DNA from: Vicugna vicugna
Taxonomy: Eukaryota
NCBI GenBank assembly: GCA_013265495.1
Contig: PNXW01019480.1
Location: 1 to 64,000 of the forward strand
Reading direction: 5' to 3'
DNA: 64,000 bases
Numbering within the stretch: position 1 is the stretch's first letter; each line of letters opens with the position of its first letter. The position numbers and the translations under genes were made by a program. A model generated the notes under the pieces. That model saw only the letters and a program-made list of their open reading frames with translations. It was not told the origin of the DNA and did not search any database. Below, piece after piece: positions 26,457 to 40,080 of this stretch.

Positions 26457-29400
26457 CTAGAACTGAGCTGCCTGATAGCCCAGTGCTGGAGAAGCCCACT
26501 CAAAAAGTAGTCTTATTTGGGTGTAAAAGGTCAAAAACTATCTCTAAATTTCAATAAAGTGGCCAACCGGTTCCTGCGTATGTCCTGGCAATTCCCACGT
26601 AGAGATGGCTGTGATCTCCCAGAGCAGTGGGATGAGCTGAAGGGATTGTCTAACTCCCTTACCTCTAATCTAAGACGTCTCAAGAAGCAGCCTGTATTCA
26701 AGAAATCCTGGGGACAAATGTTTTACTCATCCCAGACTCTGAATGCTTCAGAATGTCCCAGTGATTTTCTGTGGAGCTCATTTTTGTGGAGATTTTGGCC
26801 CTTAGAAATCAGAAAATTGAAGTCTAGGGAAAAGGAGGCTGGTCAGCATAGGGTCATTGATGTGACCAGGACACACCAAGTCTCAGCCCTGAACATGCAC
26901 AGCCATGATGGGAAAAACCGCTGAGAGGAAGGAGCCAAGTGAAGACACTCGGTGATTCACTGATAAACGGCTTCCATCGGAGAGCCAGTCGGACGAGGAG
27001 GAGGAGATGTGTCAGGGAAAGAGGAGGTTTGAGCCCCGTATGCTTCCAGGAAGTAGAGCAACAGCAGACAATGGCACCCATGAGCACGGAGAAGACAGTG
27101 TGAGGGAGAATTAGTAGTCATGTGGGGAAACGAATTTCGTAAGCCGAAAGATAATCAAATCCATGAGCTTAGTTGAATCACTTGTCCTTTAGGTAAAGTA
27201 CAAAGATCCAGTGAAGGAGAGCGAGCGTTAATTCTTCTGTCTCCAGATGCAGTGTTACTTGAATAACACCAGAGACAGCAGAGGGGTAATGTCAGTTTCC
27301 AGCATCTGGTGGAGGGACGGGCACAGTAATAGAACGCAGTTTAACAAAACGGTGAAGTGTGATGTCAAGACACTTTGCCCAGATCTTTGACGTACTTCCA
27401 GCACCCAGGGACTGAGCGCCTGCTTGGCACTGGCCCCTCGTGGCAGCAGGTTCCGATTATGAGTCTGCATCACGTGGGGACAAAAGGAGCGTCAGTAAGA
27501 ATAATAACTAAAACGGATGTAAGCACATCAACTGTGAATACACGTTGGGTCCAGAGTGGCTCGAAAGGAACAAAGACCTCACGGTCACTGTTGCTAAATG
27601 CTAGGAAACGGATTCATTATTGTGAAATTGGGTAGGCAGAGGCAAATAATGAAACAATTATCCTGTGTGTGGCACACGAACTAAAACATTGGTTACCAAA
27701 TAATGGGTGAGGGAAGTTTCTCCTCCAAGGAGAATTCCATCGAATAAACGAAGAAGAGTGGAGAGAATGAAGATGTCTCTTTTTAAATCTTCAAATGACA
27801 CAAGTGCTCTGGGCAATGAGCACCAATATCTGCTCACCTTTCAGAAAGAGGGACAACCGTACAGCATTCCCCTCCCGACGGGCTAATGTGTCACTGCCTC
27901 TGAGACATTCTTGCCAAATTATGGCGACTGAATCAGAAGAGGACTAGATCTAAATCCCAGCTGACAGGAAAGGCTGTGGGGAGAAGACCCTGTAAAGTTA
28001 CAGAATAGAATAATGAAATCAAAGTTTCTGGATATAGCACCAGTATTAGTATCTGTAAAAGTTAACTTCAAATGAGTTAAGTGAAAGTTTGGAACCAAAG
28101 GTTATAACAAAATAGAGCCTTACCATTTTCCCCCCTTGCAACAAGAAGTCTGGAAGCACCCGTTCTCTGATTCAGCTGCTCCGGGATGTCACGGACACCA
28201 CAGCTTCCATCCGCCCCCTCCACTCTTCAGCAGGTTAAGGTGACGACCTCATGCAGTCACACAGGCGTCCCTGCAGGAGCTCCAGGCATCTCTGCCCCAT
28301 TCCGAGTACCAGCATCCCGTGTCCCACATCCGTCCTTCTCGTTAAGAAATGGCATATACCGCAGAAGCCCCCAACGCATCCCCCATACATCTCATTGGGC
28401 AGAACTGGGTCATAGGGCCCCCTTTAGCTGCAGTGCAGTCTGGAGCCATCATTACCAAACAAAGGGGAATGGGATGGCCGTGAGTGGATGGGAGAAGTCC
28501 CAACTCCCACCCAGGGACTGAACACACTACTTCTTTCAACAAAGTCAGTTTTTCTTACCATCGGGCATGGATAGGAAGGGCCACTGGGTCAGAAGCCAAC
28601 AAATCCCGTGAGAAAGCAGGATCAGAGCTCCTAGGGTCAAAAACCAGTTAATGGCACCGACTGAACATGCACCGAGGGGGGTAAATGCACAGGATTGAGT
28701 CACAGACTCCACCCAAGCACTTTCACACCTGCGGTCTTGTTCACTCCTCACAACGATGCTATAATCCCGGTAACTGGCATTATCTCCATGTCATGCCTGA
28801 GGGACCAGAGACTGCTAGAGGCGGGGGGCGGGTGACTAGTTCGAATTCTGATTAGCCAGTGGTGGCACAGTGAAATTACTTTGCCCACATGCCAGGGCTT
28901 ATAACAGCCACTTCCCTGGTTTACCCAGATCACCGTGCGAAGTATTAACAGGAGAAGCAAAAGAAGTCCAGTGTTTGCTGAGCACTGTGTTGGGCATATT
29001 CCAATCTAGAAAGGGAGCCTATTTTGATTCTGGCTCTACTCTGAAGGCAGAGGATGCTGACAGAGTTAGGGCTCCCCTGGCAGCTCAGGGCTGATCCTGC
29101 CCCACACCGTCCATGCTGCGCACCAGGGTCACAGGTGAAAACTAGAATCACAGAAAATCAACTTGTGCGCTGATGAAGGCGTGCAGGACCTAACTCAGGA
29201 GGGTGAGGCTTGATGGTGCGACCATCGACAGAGGTGCTGCCACGCCAATCCCATGGCCAGCAGGTCTGGTCATCTAGTCACAAGGAAGGAGCCTGGTATA
29301 CATTTGTCCCACGAGCACCTGCGGAGTCCAGCTCGGGTCCTGCCGGAACATCGAGGACAGTTCCTGAAAGCCTTTCTTATGCCCCAGACCTCCATTTCAT

Positions 29401-31077
29401 GCCAGGAGATGGCCGTTCCTACCAGCAAATAGCTGTTCTTTTTCCTGTCTCCTTTGCTCCCCTGCTGTATCTGACCCAGTGCCAGAAACTTGTGACCCAA
29501 TTCCCCTCTGTCCTTAATCTCCACCCTTTAATACTTGGGTCTCGTGAGCTGTAGATCCTGCCAACTGAACTCTCTCTAGCCCCTCGTTAAGTACATGCAC
29601 GTGCCTCAGCACCATTTGTAGACTGACGAGTTCTTGTTCTGTGAGTCGGTTCTGGAGACCATGGGAAGAAGGGGAGATTCCCGTCCAGATGAAAAACATG
29701 CAGGATCTAGTCTCTGGAGGTTTTTAAAATATACCATAACCTTTCAGTCGAGGTTTTCATAGATCATGAGAACATCCACAGAGAGACATCATAACACGGC
29801 AGACTCACCAGCTGACATGTGACATTACATCCTTCCTCTGAAAACCTGTTGTGGACTTACTGAACTCTCCCTGGGAAACCAGGGCACCGCACTCTAAGGT
29901 GGAACCACTCCTGCTCACAGTAGATACTGTAGGTAAGTAAGGACAAGGAAGCAGCACAGACAGCAGGCGGTCCCTGCTTTATGACTTCTACTCGATCTTG
30001 TTGCTAGCTCCGTGCTTGCCTAATAGCTGTAAAATCTGTTCTGCAAGAGAGGAAGCAAAGGCTTCAGACACTGAAATGAGAAAGAGCTCGTGGAGAGGCT
30101 GGGTGCTATCGCCGGCAATCTCCTTGGGTGTTTATCTAAAAGGGGTGACACAAAGGGAGAGAAATGGTGAACCGGTTGTGTCCACAGAGAGTGAGTCTGG
30201 AAAAACCTCTGTTTTGTTTGTTTGTTTGTTTGTTTTGTCATCTTCCTCAGCTGAGACGGCCGAGTTTCTTTGATGAGGGTCAGAGAGGCGTATACCATTT
30301 CTCTGCTCTGATGTTGAAGTAATTCGTCACTGAGAGAAGAGAGTTCACCCTTAGAGGTCTGAGTCATCAGTGTACATAATTTCTTATTTCACTTCATCCA
30401 ATCCTGAGTAGAAAACAAATGGTCTGTGGTGAAAAACCCTTTTAATTCTCTTTAGTCTCATAGAATTCAGAACATTCTCACCCGCTCATTGATTGAAACA
30501 TCATGTCTATTACTTGGCAGGCTTGTAGGAGAATCTCAACGTTCCCCTAAAATACCGGAGATGTGGCTGAAAATGCATACAGGGAATTGTGCACATGACT
30601 ACAGTGGGCTGTGAAAGGCTGCTTCTAGATTCTCCTTACCAACCCAAAAGAAAATGGAAACCTTGTTATTTGTATGCCTTAAAGTGCCATTAAGACAAGA
30701 TGGCCAGCCTGGCAAACATCTGTTGAGATGAATAATACATACATAAAAGGCCAAGCATTGTCTGATCCCACCTATAGGAGATGTCTAGACTAGGCAAATT
30801 TATAGAGACAGAGAGTAGATTAGAGGACACCGGACACCAGGTGGAAGAGAGAACAGGGGTGTTACTGTTCAATGTAAACAGAGTTTCTGTGCTTATCAGT
30901 GAAAAACTCTGGGAAAGAGAGGTGATTTTTGTGCATTACTGTGAATCTAATTCATTCCACAGAATTGTACATGGTTGTACATTTGAACATGGTCCAGATG
31001 GTAAACTTCATTGTCTGTCTGTCTGTCTCTCTCTACACACACACACAGACACACACAGACACACACACACACACACA
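26457..31077 (-). repeat. Right arm of large inverted repeat (part with a partner inside the window)
   Basis: Mirror of 1-4621. Only two substitutions spotted by eye (1101/29977 and 3189/27889) and no net indel. Confidence 0.98.
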
Positions 31078-31454
31078 CACACATACACACATACACACAC
31101 CACAATAAATTGATTTAAAAATTCTTAGTGCTCTTCGATCAGGAGGCAGAAGAGTCTCCTGGGGGCAGATGCAGCACGTAGAAGAGCGACCAAGTCCGTC
31201 TCTGGATAATGACTGTAGAGCCCCAGTGGACTGACCAGTACACAGCAAGGGCTCTCCAGATATTAGCCACCCCTAAACTATGGTCTGTCCTTGTCCCTTC
31301 TAAGCAGAAGCCACATGTGTCTCAGAGGTCTCAGGAACAAACTCTATGCACCTGTCAGCCCTCTTCTTGCCCTTGCCGCAGCTCTTTCTCCTCTCCTCCC
31401 TCTATTTTGCTGCTTTTAATATGCTGTGACACTCAAATGTTGAGGGTTTTTTTA

Positions 31455-31596
31455 ATTTTAATTTTTTTTTACTTGAGGGGGGTAATTAGGTCTGTTGATT
31501 GATTGATTGATTGATTTTTAGAGGAGGTACCGGGGATTGAACAGAGGACTTCATGCATGCCAAGCATGTGCTCTAACACTTGAGCTATACCTCCTC
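31455..31596 (-). mobile_element. tRNA-derived camelid-type (Vic-1-like) SINE
   Basis: Reverse complement reads gaggaggtatagctcaagtgttagagcacatgc...gttcaatccccggtacctcc plus a simple-repeat tail. Confidence 0.8.
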
Positions 31597-31854
31597 AAAC
31601 ATTGAGTTCTTAATGTCAGTGAGTGTATTTTTCAGTTTTCCGATTTTTAGTGTTTGCACTTGTTTGATTTTTAAGTTCCAGTTTTCTGACGAGACCTCAG
31701 TTATGTCATCCATATTCTGGAACATGTTAGTCATAGTTATTTCTCTGCCCATGCCTGATAATTCCAATACTGGGGTCTTCTGGGCGTTTTCTTCTCTCTT
31801 CTTTTCATAACCTGTTTTGATAGGTCTGGTGGTTGATCTAAATGGCAGACATGA

Positions 31855-31990
31855 GGAAGACGACATAGCTCAGTGGCAGAGTGCTCGCTCAGCCCGCACA
31901 AGGTCCTGGATTCAGTCCCCAGTACCTCCACTAAAAATAAACAAATAAATGAACCTAAGTACATCCTCCCTAAAAAGAATACATAAATAC
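31855..31990 (+). mobile_element. tRNA-derived camelid-type SINE
   Basis: atagctcagtggcagagtg...gtcctggattcagtccccagtacctcca plus A-rich tail. Confidence 0.8.
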
Positions 31991-33039
31991 CTAAAATTTT
32001 AAAAATTAAAAACAAACACATGTCCGACATTGTTGAAAACAGAGCTGCCTCTCTGCAGGATGCTCTTCCCTCCGGAGAAGTTTCACCCTCTCTCTGGCAG
32101 CAGCTAGTGTGGGGCGGCCACAACAATCCAGTCAGGAGCTGAGGTGATTTGAGGATGCTTCAGGCTTTATCGGGCATGGGTAACCCCTGGTTTCCCTCCT
32201 CCTGAGTGACAGGTCTCCAGGGGTCCCAACTCGCAGTCTGGGATGTGTACTGGGGACGAGCATTTGGGTGAGTTCTGCACTCAGGGTTGTACCCTAATAC
32301 ACCGTGGGACTCCTGAGGAAACTGCTGAGACTTGGGCCAGCTGTCTCCTCATCTTCTGAGTCTCAGGTCCTATGCGGTCTAGGTACAAACAAATGCCTCA
32401 AGGAAGAAACCCACCCAAGGGAGGTCTCCCTTCTGCCTGCCCTTCTTCTTCTCCCTGAGATCTTGACTGCTCGATATTGCCTGGTTTGAAAGTCTGACTC
32501 CAGCAGTTTTCCCAGCCCTATGAATTTTCCTGGAAGCAAATGTCTTCCCTACTTCTTCATGGGTGTTTTGCCCATAGAATGTTGGGCTCCCGCCCAGGGC
32601 AGTTTACGATTCAGCAAGTTCCCTGAGGGGAAAAAGCAGCCCAACACTGTGGGATTCCCCTTAGTGAGGTTCCCTTCTCCCCAGAACTTTCTACCCTGAT
32701 GTGCTGGACACAAAAGTCATCCTCTGGTGCCTACACGCAGACTTTTTTTTTCTTTCCCCAGATTTTTAATTTTTGTCTGTGATGTATTAGAACTGTAATA
32801 AGCCCTTTCATCATGGCCATGGCTGGAAGCGGAAATGATCCACACATGATTTTAAATCTGTTGCTTAAAGTTGAATATGCAGACCTGGCTCTAAAATATG
32901 TTCCAAAAGACTATTAATATCAGAGGCTTGTCCTATCGAGCTGAAGCTGCTTCTGGGTCGATGGGAACTGTCTTTATATCCTTCCCCATAGTCTGGAAAT
33001 CTGGAACTGTGCTAAAATGTAAGGCTGATTTTTCAAAAG

Positions 33040-34620
33040 CATGATGTCATCACATTACAGTACTTCCAGCCATCTTAGGATTCTCTAGACACATAGAATT
33101 TAAGATATGAACTGTCATTTTATTTTAAAAAATGTATTCAAAAACTAGTGGCTTGGAACTTTACGAATTTGATGGAGAAAAAAAAAAACAATTGAACACC
33201 CATAAAGCTACAAACTCAGGGAAATGAGTGAACTCCAAATAGGATAAACCCAGAGTAATTTTGATAAGGCACAAGATTCTTGAATTACTGAAAACTTAAA
33301 CAAACAAACAAACAAACAAACAAACAAAACACTTTCGAGAAATGAAAGACACAGAAATGACATGTTCTTTATCAGGGAAAACTAATTCCAGGGACAGCAG
33401 AGTTTTCATCTTAAACCGTGGAGCACAAAAGGAAGTGCCATGCCATTTCTTCAGTCTCCGTTTGTTTTGGTGGTTGTACAATGTGCTGAATTAATAGACA
33501 CATGCATAATGAAATGATAACCACAATCAAGTTAATTAACACATGCATCACCTCACTAATTACCGTTTTTGTTTGTGTGGTGACAACACAGAAGCTCTGC
33601 TATCCTTGCAAATGTCAAGTATCCAATACACTATTATTAAGTGTAGTCACCATGCTGTACATTAGATTCCCAGAGCTTATTTATTTTATAACTGAGAGAT
33701 TGTGCCCTTCGAAATCAAAATAAAACTCTAAAAGATAGTCAGGGAAACCAGAGAAAGGTGAACATGAAACACAAGAATGAGAATCAGAGGAAAGAAGAAA
33801 AATAAAAAAACTGAAAGTGTAGACTTAAGTCCTAACAGAGAAATATTTACTTTTTTAAAGTTAAACTATAGTCAGTTTACAATGTTGTGTTAATTTCTGA
33901 TGTGCAGCATAGTGATTCAGTTATATATACACATTTCTGTGTGTATAGTCCTTTTCATTTTCTTTTTCATTGTAGGCTATTAGCAGGTGTTGGATGTAGT
34001 TCCCTGTGCTATACAGTAGGACCTTGCTGTTTATCTATTTTATATATATATATATCTATCTGCAAATCCCCAACACCCAATTTATCTCCGCACACACCCC
34101 TTATCCCTCCTAGTAACCACAAGTTTGTCTTCTATGTTTGTGAGTCTGTATCTGAATGTAAATAATTTAACTTGTCTCATTTTAAGAGAGATATTTACTT
34201 TAAGTATACATTTTCTAAGTAAACCAATTAGAGACAGAGATGAACAGAAATGATGAAAGAAAAGTGACCCGAATATACTCAGTCTACACGAAAAGCATTT
34301 CAAAAACAACTACACCGGTAGATTTAAAGTAGATTGTTGGGGAAAATATGCATCATGCTTACATTAATTATTTAAGAAACAGAAGTGGCTGTATCAGTAT
34401 CAGAGAACGTGTACTTCCGATCAGAAAGATTCCTGGGCACAGATGGCATGTTACATGAGGTATCGGTCGGAGAGATCCAGCAAGAAGTCATAGGAACCCT
34501 AAGTGTGTAGGCAGCCAGAACCAGTCGCTACACTACATGAAACAAAAGCTGATAGGGCTGAAAGGAATAACAGCCAAGCCCAGTATTATCGTTGGGAACT
34601 TCAACACTCTACTGTCAGGA
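33040..34620. mobile_element. Old L1 fragments (+) interrupted by short antisense L1 3' ends (~33480-33710, ~33850-34160)
   Basis: Recognisable L1 3' UTR text (gttccctgtgctatacagtaggaccttg; ccatgctgtacattagattcccag). Confidence 0.6.
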
Positions 34621-35699
34621 ATTGATAACATATTTTCTCATTGGATTGCAAAGCAGAGCTCAACTGTACACTGAATTCTCAAGATGGATCCCTAGCAAGT
34701 GCTTCATCAATGTTAAAGGATTAATATTTAAAAGGACAAACGAACCAAGTTTTGCCAGTTGTATTATTCTGCAAAATATTCACCAGCACACCCTGAACTG
34801 ATTTCCCCAGCAGAACGGCTGTATGTCCCTGCTGAACTCAAGCACATCCATGTGACTTACCTTGGTCTATGGCATATGCCATCCAAATGGAAAGTCACAC
34901 ACAGTAGGTCACATTATATCTTTTACAGGTATTGATATGACAGAAACATTTAATCCAAGCCTTCCACAGAAGATTGTGTAATGTGTTCTGTTACCTTCAA
35001 GCAAAAACTTCAAAAGCTAGTCATATCTTCAATGAAAGCTGCATCCTGAAATAAATAGGGTATGGGTTAGAGCCATAGCCAACTCATGCGAGAAACAGAG
35101 AAGAACTGAATAAGTAGCAAATGAGATAGGTCTAAGTGATGTTTATTGTACTCAGCACCTGCACTCAGATAACAGACTTCAGATTCTGATAAATGTGAAG
35201 TAGGTGGTAAGGGACAGGGTGCCTGCTGAGAGTAGCTATTAAGCTCAGGGGATGTATAAAGAAAAGAAGTTTTAATCAACTCAGTTCTAAGAGGACGCTG
35301 AGGAATTACTGTGTGCAATTACTGAGTCTCTTAGGACAAGGCAGGACCAGCAGAGCAAGCTTACGTCTGAAAACAGTTTCTGTCCAGCACTGTCTACCCA
35401 AAAGTAAACAGCTGTAAAACTGAGCTGTGTTTGAAATCTCAGAGGTGTAGGTGGTGGTGGTGGTCAAACACCCCTCACTTTTAGCAGAGACCCCAGGGGC
35501 TTCCACCCTGTGAGTCAGGATGACCAAACCAGAAGTAAATCAGCTCCCATTTCAGCCTGACTTTGCATCATGTAGCTGTGTGCAAATGATGAAACACACT
35601 CAACCAGGTGGCAAGCGAGGTGTCACTGAGCAAACTTGGGAAGACAGCTCACTTATGTGAACAGTTATATCCTTAAAAGCATATATTAGAAAAAGGAGA

Positions 35700-37110
35700 A
35701 GAAGACAAGGAGCTGGCCAACATATACGTGAAAAGTTACTCAGCATCATTAATCATTAGGGAAATTCAAGTCAAACCCACAAAGCCATCTCATCTGCCAC
35801 CTGTCAGAATGGCTATTATCAAAGAGCCAAGAAAGAACAAGTGTTGGTGAGAATGTGGAGAAAAGGGAACCCTTGTGTGCTGTTGGTGGGAATGTAAGCA
35901 GGTACAGCCAAGTTGGGAAAAGCGTATGGCAGTTGTTCCAAAACTGAAAGGGAACCGCTCCAGAATCCAGCAATTCCAATTCTGGGTATTTATCTGAAGA
36001 AAATGAAAACACTACTTCAGAACGATATCTGCACCTCCATGTTCATCGCAGTGTTTTTGCAATAGCCAAGTTATGCAGGCAGCCTGTGTTCATCGATGGA
36101 TAAAGGATTAAGAATAGTGGTGTACCTATCTATATACAGTGGGATATTACTACGTCACAAAGAAGGAAATCTGCCGTCTGGGGCAACATGAATGCACCTC
36201 AATGGCATTATGCTGAGGAAAATATGTCAGACAGAGAATGACAGATACCATATCATGTCACTTAATATGTGAATTTCAAAACAAAACAACACGAAAACAA
36301 ACAAAAAACCAAGCAGGTAGATACAGAGAACAGATTGGTGATTGCCAGAGAAGTCAAAAGGTACAAACTTCCAACTATAAAATAAACGTCGTGGGGATGT
36401 AATGTACAGTATGGTGACTAGAGTTAACGGTACCGTATTGCACACAGTCGTCCCCCCTTGTCCTGAGTTTCATTCCCTTTAGTGTCAGTTACCCGCTATC
36501 AATTGCAGTCTATAATTCTACATGGAAAATTCCAGAAATAAACAAACTGTAACTTTTTAATTCTGCGCCATTCTGAGTAGCGTGTTGAAATCTCCTGCTG
36601 TCCTGCTCTGTCCCACCTGAAAATGAATCACTCCTTCGTCCAGCACATCCCTCCCATTAATCACCCTGTAGGACAGCCATCTGGGTTATCAGATCCACTG
36701 GGGCGGCTTTGCAGTGCTTGTGTTCCAGGAAGCGTTATTTTACTTAATTATGGGCCCAAAGTGCAAGCGGAGTGATGCAGGCAATTTGGATATTCTCTTA
36801 CTGTGCCTGATTGACAAGTTAAACTTTATCATGGGTACTTGTGTAAAGAAAAATCATAGTACATCTAGAGGTTAGTACTCTCCGTGGATTCAGGCATCCA
36901 CTGGGGGTCGAGTGTATTTGAAAGTTGCTAAGAGACCAAATCTTAAAAGTTCTCAGCACAAAAGCACCAGTTTTGTAACTGTGAATGGTGACACATGTTA
37001 AGTAGACTGATCGTGGTGATCGTTCTGTAATATATACAAATATCAAATCGTTATGGTTTACACCTGAAACCAATGTAATGCTGTAGGTGAGTTATAGCTC
37101 AAGAAATATA
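35700..37110 (+). mobile_element. L1MA/MB-like 3' end containing a MER44/Tigger7 insertion (~36445-36908)
   Basis: L1 ORF2 end (gtggagaaaagggaacccttgtg...) and 3' UTR split by cagtcgtccccccttg...aaattccagaaataaacaa...ggcatccactggggg. Confidence 0.8.
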
Positions 37111-38501
37111 ATACATTTTAGAAAAGAAAAAAGACAAGAAGAATAGCAGAAAGTGCGCTAAGGATCCCCCTCAACAAGTTAAAAAATAGCAAGAAAACAC
37201 AGAGAAATACAAAGGATCAGTAAAGATAAAAGACAAAATAATGAAGCACACAATAGAGCATTTTAACACAGTGTATCCCTGGTCCTTTTAATAGTCGGTA
37301 AGAAGAGAGACTTATAAAGAAAAATGAGTAAAGGCACAAATTAGTAATATCAGGAGTCAAATAGAGTGACGTCACTAGAGACCTTTATGCGAATGAACTT
37401 GAAATTTAAGAGGAGGAGGACACACAGTAAAATACAACTTAATCAACCGGAGAGAAGATGACATTTAAAACACATGGTTTGAACTAAAAATACGAAGTGA
37501 ATGAAATTAAAACTTTCCACAAAGGGATCTCTAAGCCCCGACAGCTTCATAAATGAGTTCTGTCAATATTTAAATAAGAGATAATTCCAGTATTACACAA
37601 AATATTCAGAGAATAGGGAAACAGGCTATACTACATTTTCGTGTTTTATGAAGCATAGCATTGGTATCCAAACTGGTCAGGACACTTTGAGAAGGTTAAA
37701 TTGCAAACCACCTTGTCTCATAAACATGGATGAAAATATCGCAAGCAAATACTTGTAAAAAAAAAAAAAGAAAAAGACCAGCAACATATAGAAAACACAG
37801 CATACAATAACCAATTAGAACATAAGTCAATATAATTCTTCACCCTAACAGACGTAATGGCAAGGCAAACTAAACGCGATCTCCCCAGTGGATGCAGAAA
37901 TATATGTTGTTAAGTCATCATTCACTCATGACGGAACACCTTCAGAAACAGAGATATAGAAGAGACTCTCTAAAGGTTTGTAGATATAATTTTAGAATGA
38001 ACAGGGTCCTTCGAGGCATGTTGCATAGCAAAATTCATGAAAGGAAAAAGTGATATATTTCAGTGCAAGACGGAATAGAGATTCAGCCAGCTAAATCTAT
38101 GTAAAGGGAAACTCAAAAGGCCAGGTTTCAAGAAGTATCTGCTCTCCATGTCACAGACAATGCGCTGATTTCCTAATAAGAATGGTGTTTTATTGACTCA
38201 TTTTTGAAAAACGGCACAAAGCCTTCTCTACTGCTTGTCATAACACCAGCCGCTGTAACAGGTAAACTCCCAAATCGTAGTGGTCTTGCACTATGGAAAT
38301 GTTTCCTGCCCGTGTAAATTCCAAATGAAGGCAGGTTTAGGAGACAGGCTCTGCTTTTGGGAAAAAAATTCAGGGCCCAGACTGACAGAAGGAGCTCTGC
38401 CACCTTCAGCATTGGCTACGTCGATCACTCGAATGCAAGCATTTTGCCAGCAGATGAGGGAAGAAAGAAAAGAGGAGGCTCTCACGGGAGGCTTTTAGGA
38501 G

Positions 38502-40080
38502 TCATGCTGGTTTATGTTGTGCCTCACTCGGGTCCTCTTTCCCTTGGCCAGGACTCAGCCCACAGGCCACAGTTCGGTGCTGGAAGGCTGGGAACCTTCC
38601 AGCAGGAAAAGGAAAAGTGTTTGGAGAACAGCTAGTCAGTCTCTGCTATTGGTCTGACAAATACTCTCACAGGAGGGAAGATACACAGTGGCTTTAACAA
38701 CCCCCAGCCTTGCTCACAAGAAATGAAATGCGTATTTTAACTAGAAGAGGATATCGTGATTTATCAAGTTGCCCCGTATACAAATGTTTGAAATGCACGA
38801 TTGCGGCGAGGTTGTGCGGGAACAGAAATGCTCCTGCATTGTTAGAGGGGGTGTGAACTGATATAAGACCTAGAGAGGGAAATTTAGCAGCATCTGGCAA
38901 CGTGCTGTGTGCATTTGCTCTTTGATCCCGAAATCCTACTTCTATGAATTTATCCACTGGATATACTTGCCCGTGTGTGGAATGATGTCCCATATAAGCT
39001 TATTCAAGGCAGTATCATCGGGGATTGGAAAACCCATAGTATCAATGGGTAGCAGACTGGTAAATAAATAAAGGTGGGTACATCTATATAAAAGGATACC
39101 ATGTAGCTGTTTTTTTTTTTTTTAAGAATGTTATGTAGCTGCTTAGGGGTTAAGTGTGCATTCTGAAACTGCAGTGCATGGGTCCGATCCTGGCTCTTCC
39201 CACTATGGGCCATATCACTTTGGCACGTTATTCACATTCTGTGAGCTTTCGTTTCCTCATCAGTAAACAGGGGTCACATTTCCTCCAGTGGGTCTGATGA
39301 GGGTTAAACCAACAGGTTTACAGCTCTTAAAACCATGACATGACCAGCACTCTCCAACATTTGTCCTCCTCATGATCCGACAGAAAGACCTCCGAGGTAC
39401 ATTAAAAATGGAAAATGCAGGCCCACAACGCTGTTGGCTCTTTGTACATAAAGCGGACAGGTTGAAATACACGTGTACGCTTGTCTATGCATAATGTACC
39501 TCTGAAAGGAAGGCTAGAGAAGAACCTGGCGGAACGCGTGGTTGCCTTTGGGAGCAGAACTGGGTGCTTCCACAGCTGGGGTGAGAGGCACATTTTTGAC
39601 TGTGTGTTTTGAAGTTTTTGGATTTTATACTATGACTGTAATTTTCATCCATTCAATTTTTTCTTTTCATTAAAGGCAAGAAGAAAAGACAAAGCAAACC
39701 TGGGCTTCGGAGCTGTGCGATCTGAACTGTGTTCGTCTACCACGGAGGTCCAGCTATCTAAGGAGGGGCCTAGAGCAAAACGAAAATGTGAGGTTTCTCA
39801 TTCCAAAAGCAGTGAAAAGCTTTCCCCCCACCCTCCTTTCTCCCACAGTCTCTCTTTGACCTGTCGTTGTGTCTTGTATTTGCTGTCTAATGTCCTGAAG
39901 TTACTCACAGGTGTCTAGGGGCCGCACCCTGGACCCGGCGCTCTCCACCCTGGCCCTTCCTGGGCCCACACCCAGGCTCCCACCAGAGGGTGGAGTGAGG
40001 ACAAGACACCCGCCAGGGCAGGAGGGGAGGGCAGTCTGGGTGGGTGGCTGGGTGAGTGCACAGCAGAGAACCTGTCCCAT
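38502..40080 (-). CDS. Candidate spliced gene, 111-aa unknown protein: join(40080-39909, 39769-39700, 38595-38502)
   Basis: Hand-built model with GT-AG introns and the frame open across phases 1 and 2 (336 nt). N-terminus MGQVLCC. Non-coding exon 1 ends at 40754; AATAAA at 38194-38189. No homolog recognised and no transcript evidence available. Confidence 0.35.

Noticed and set aside
31455..31990. tRNA-like A and B boxes
   Set aside because: These are SINE heads with simple-repeat tails and no complete cloverleaf; the same applies at ~55.0 and ~56.9 kb.
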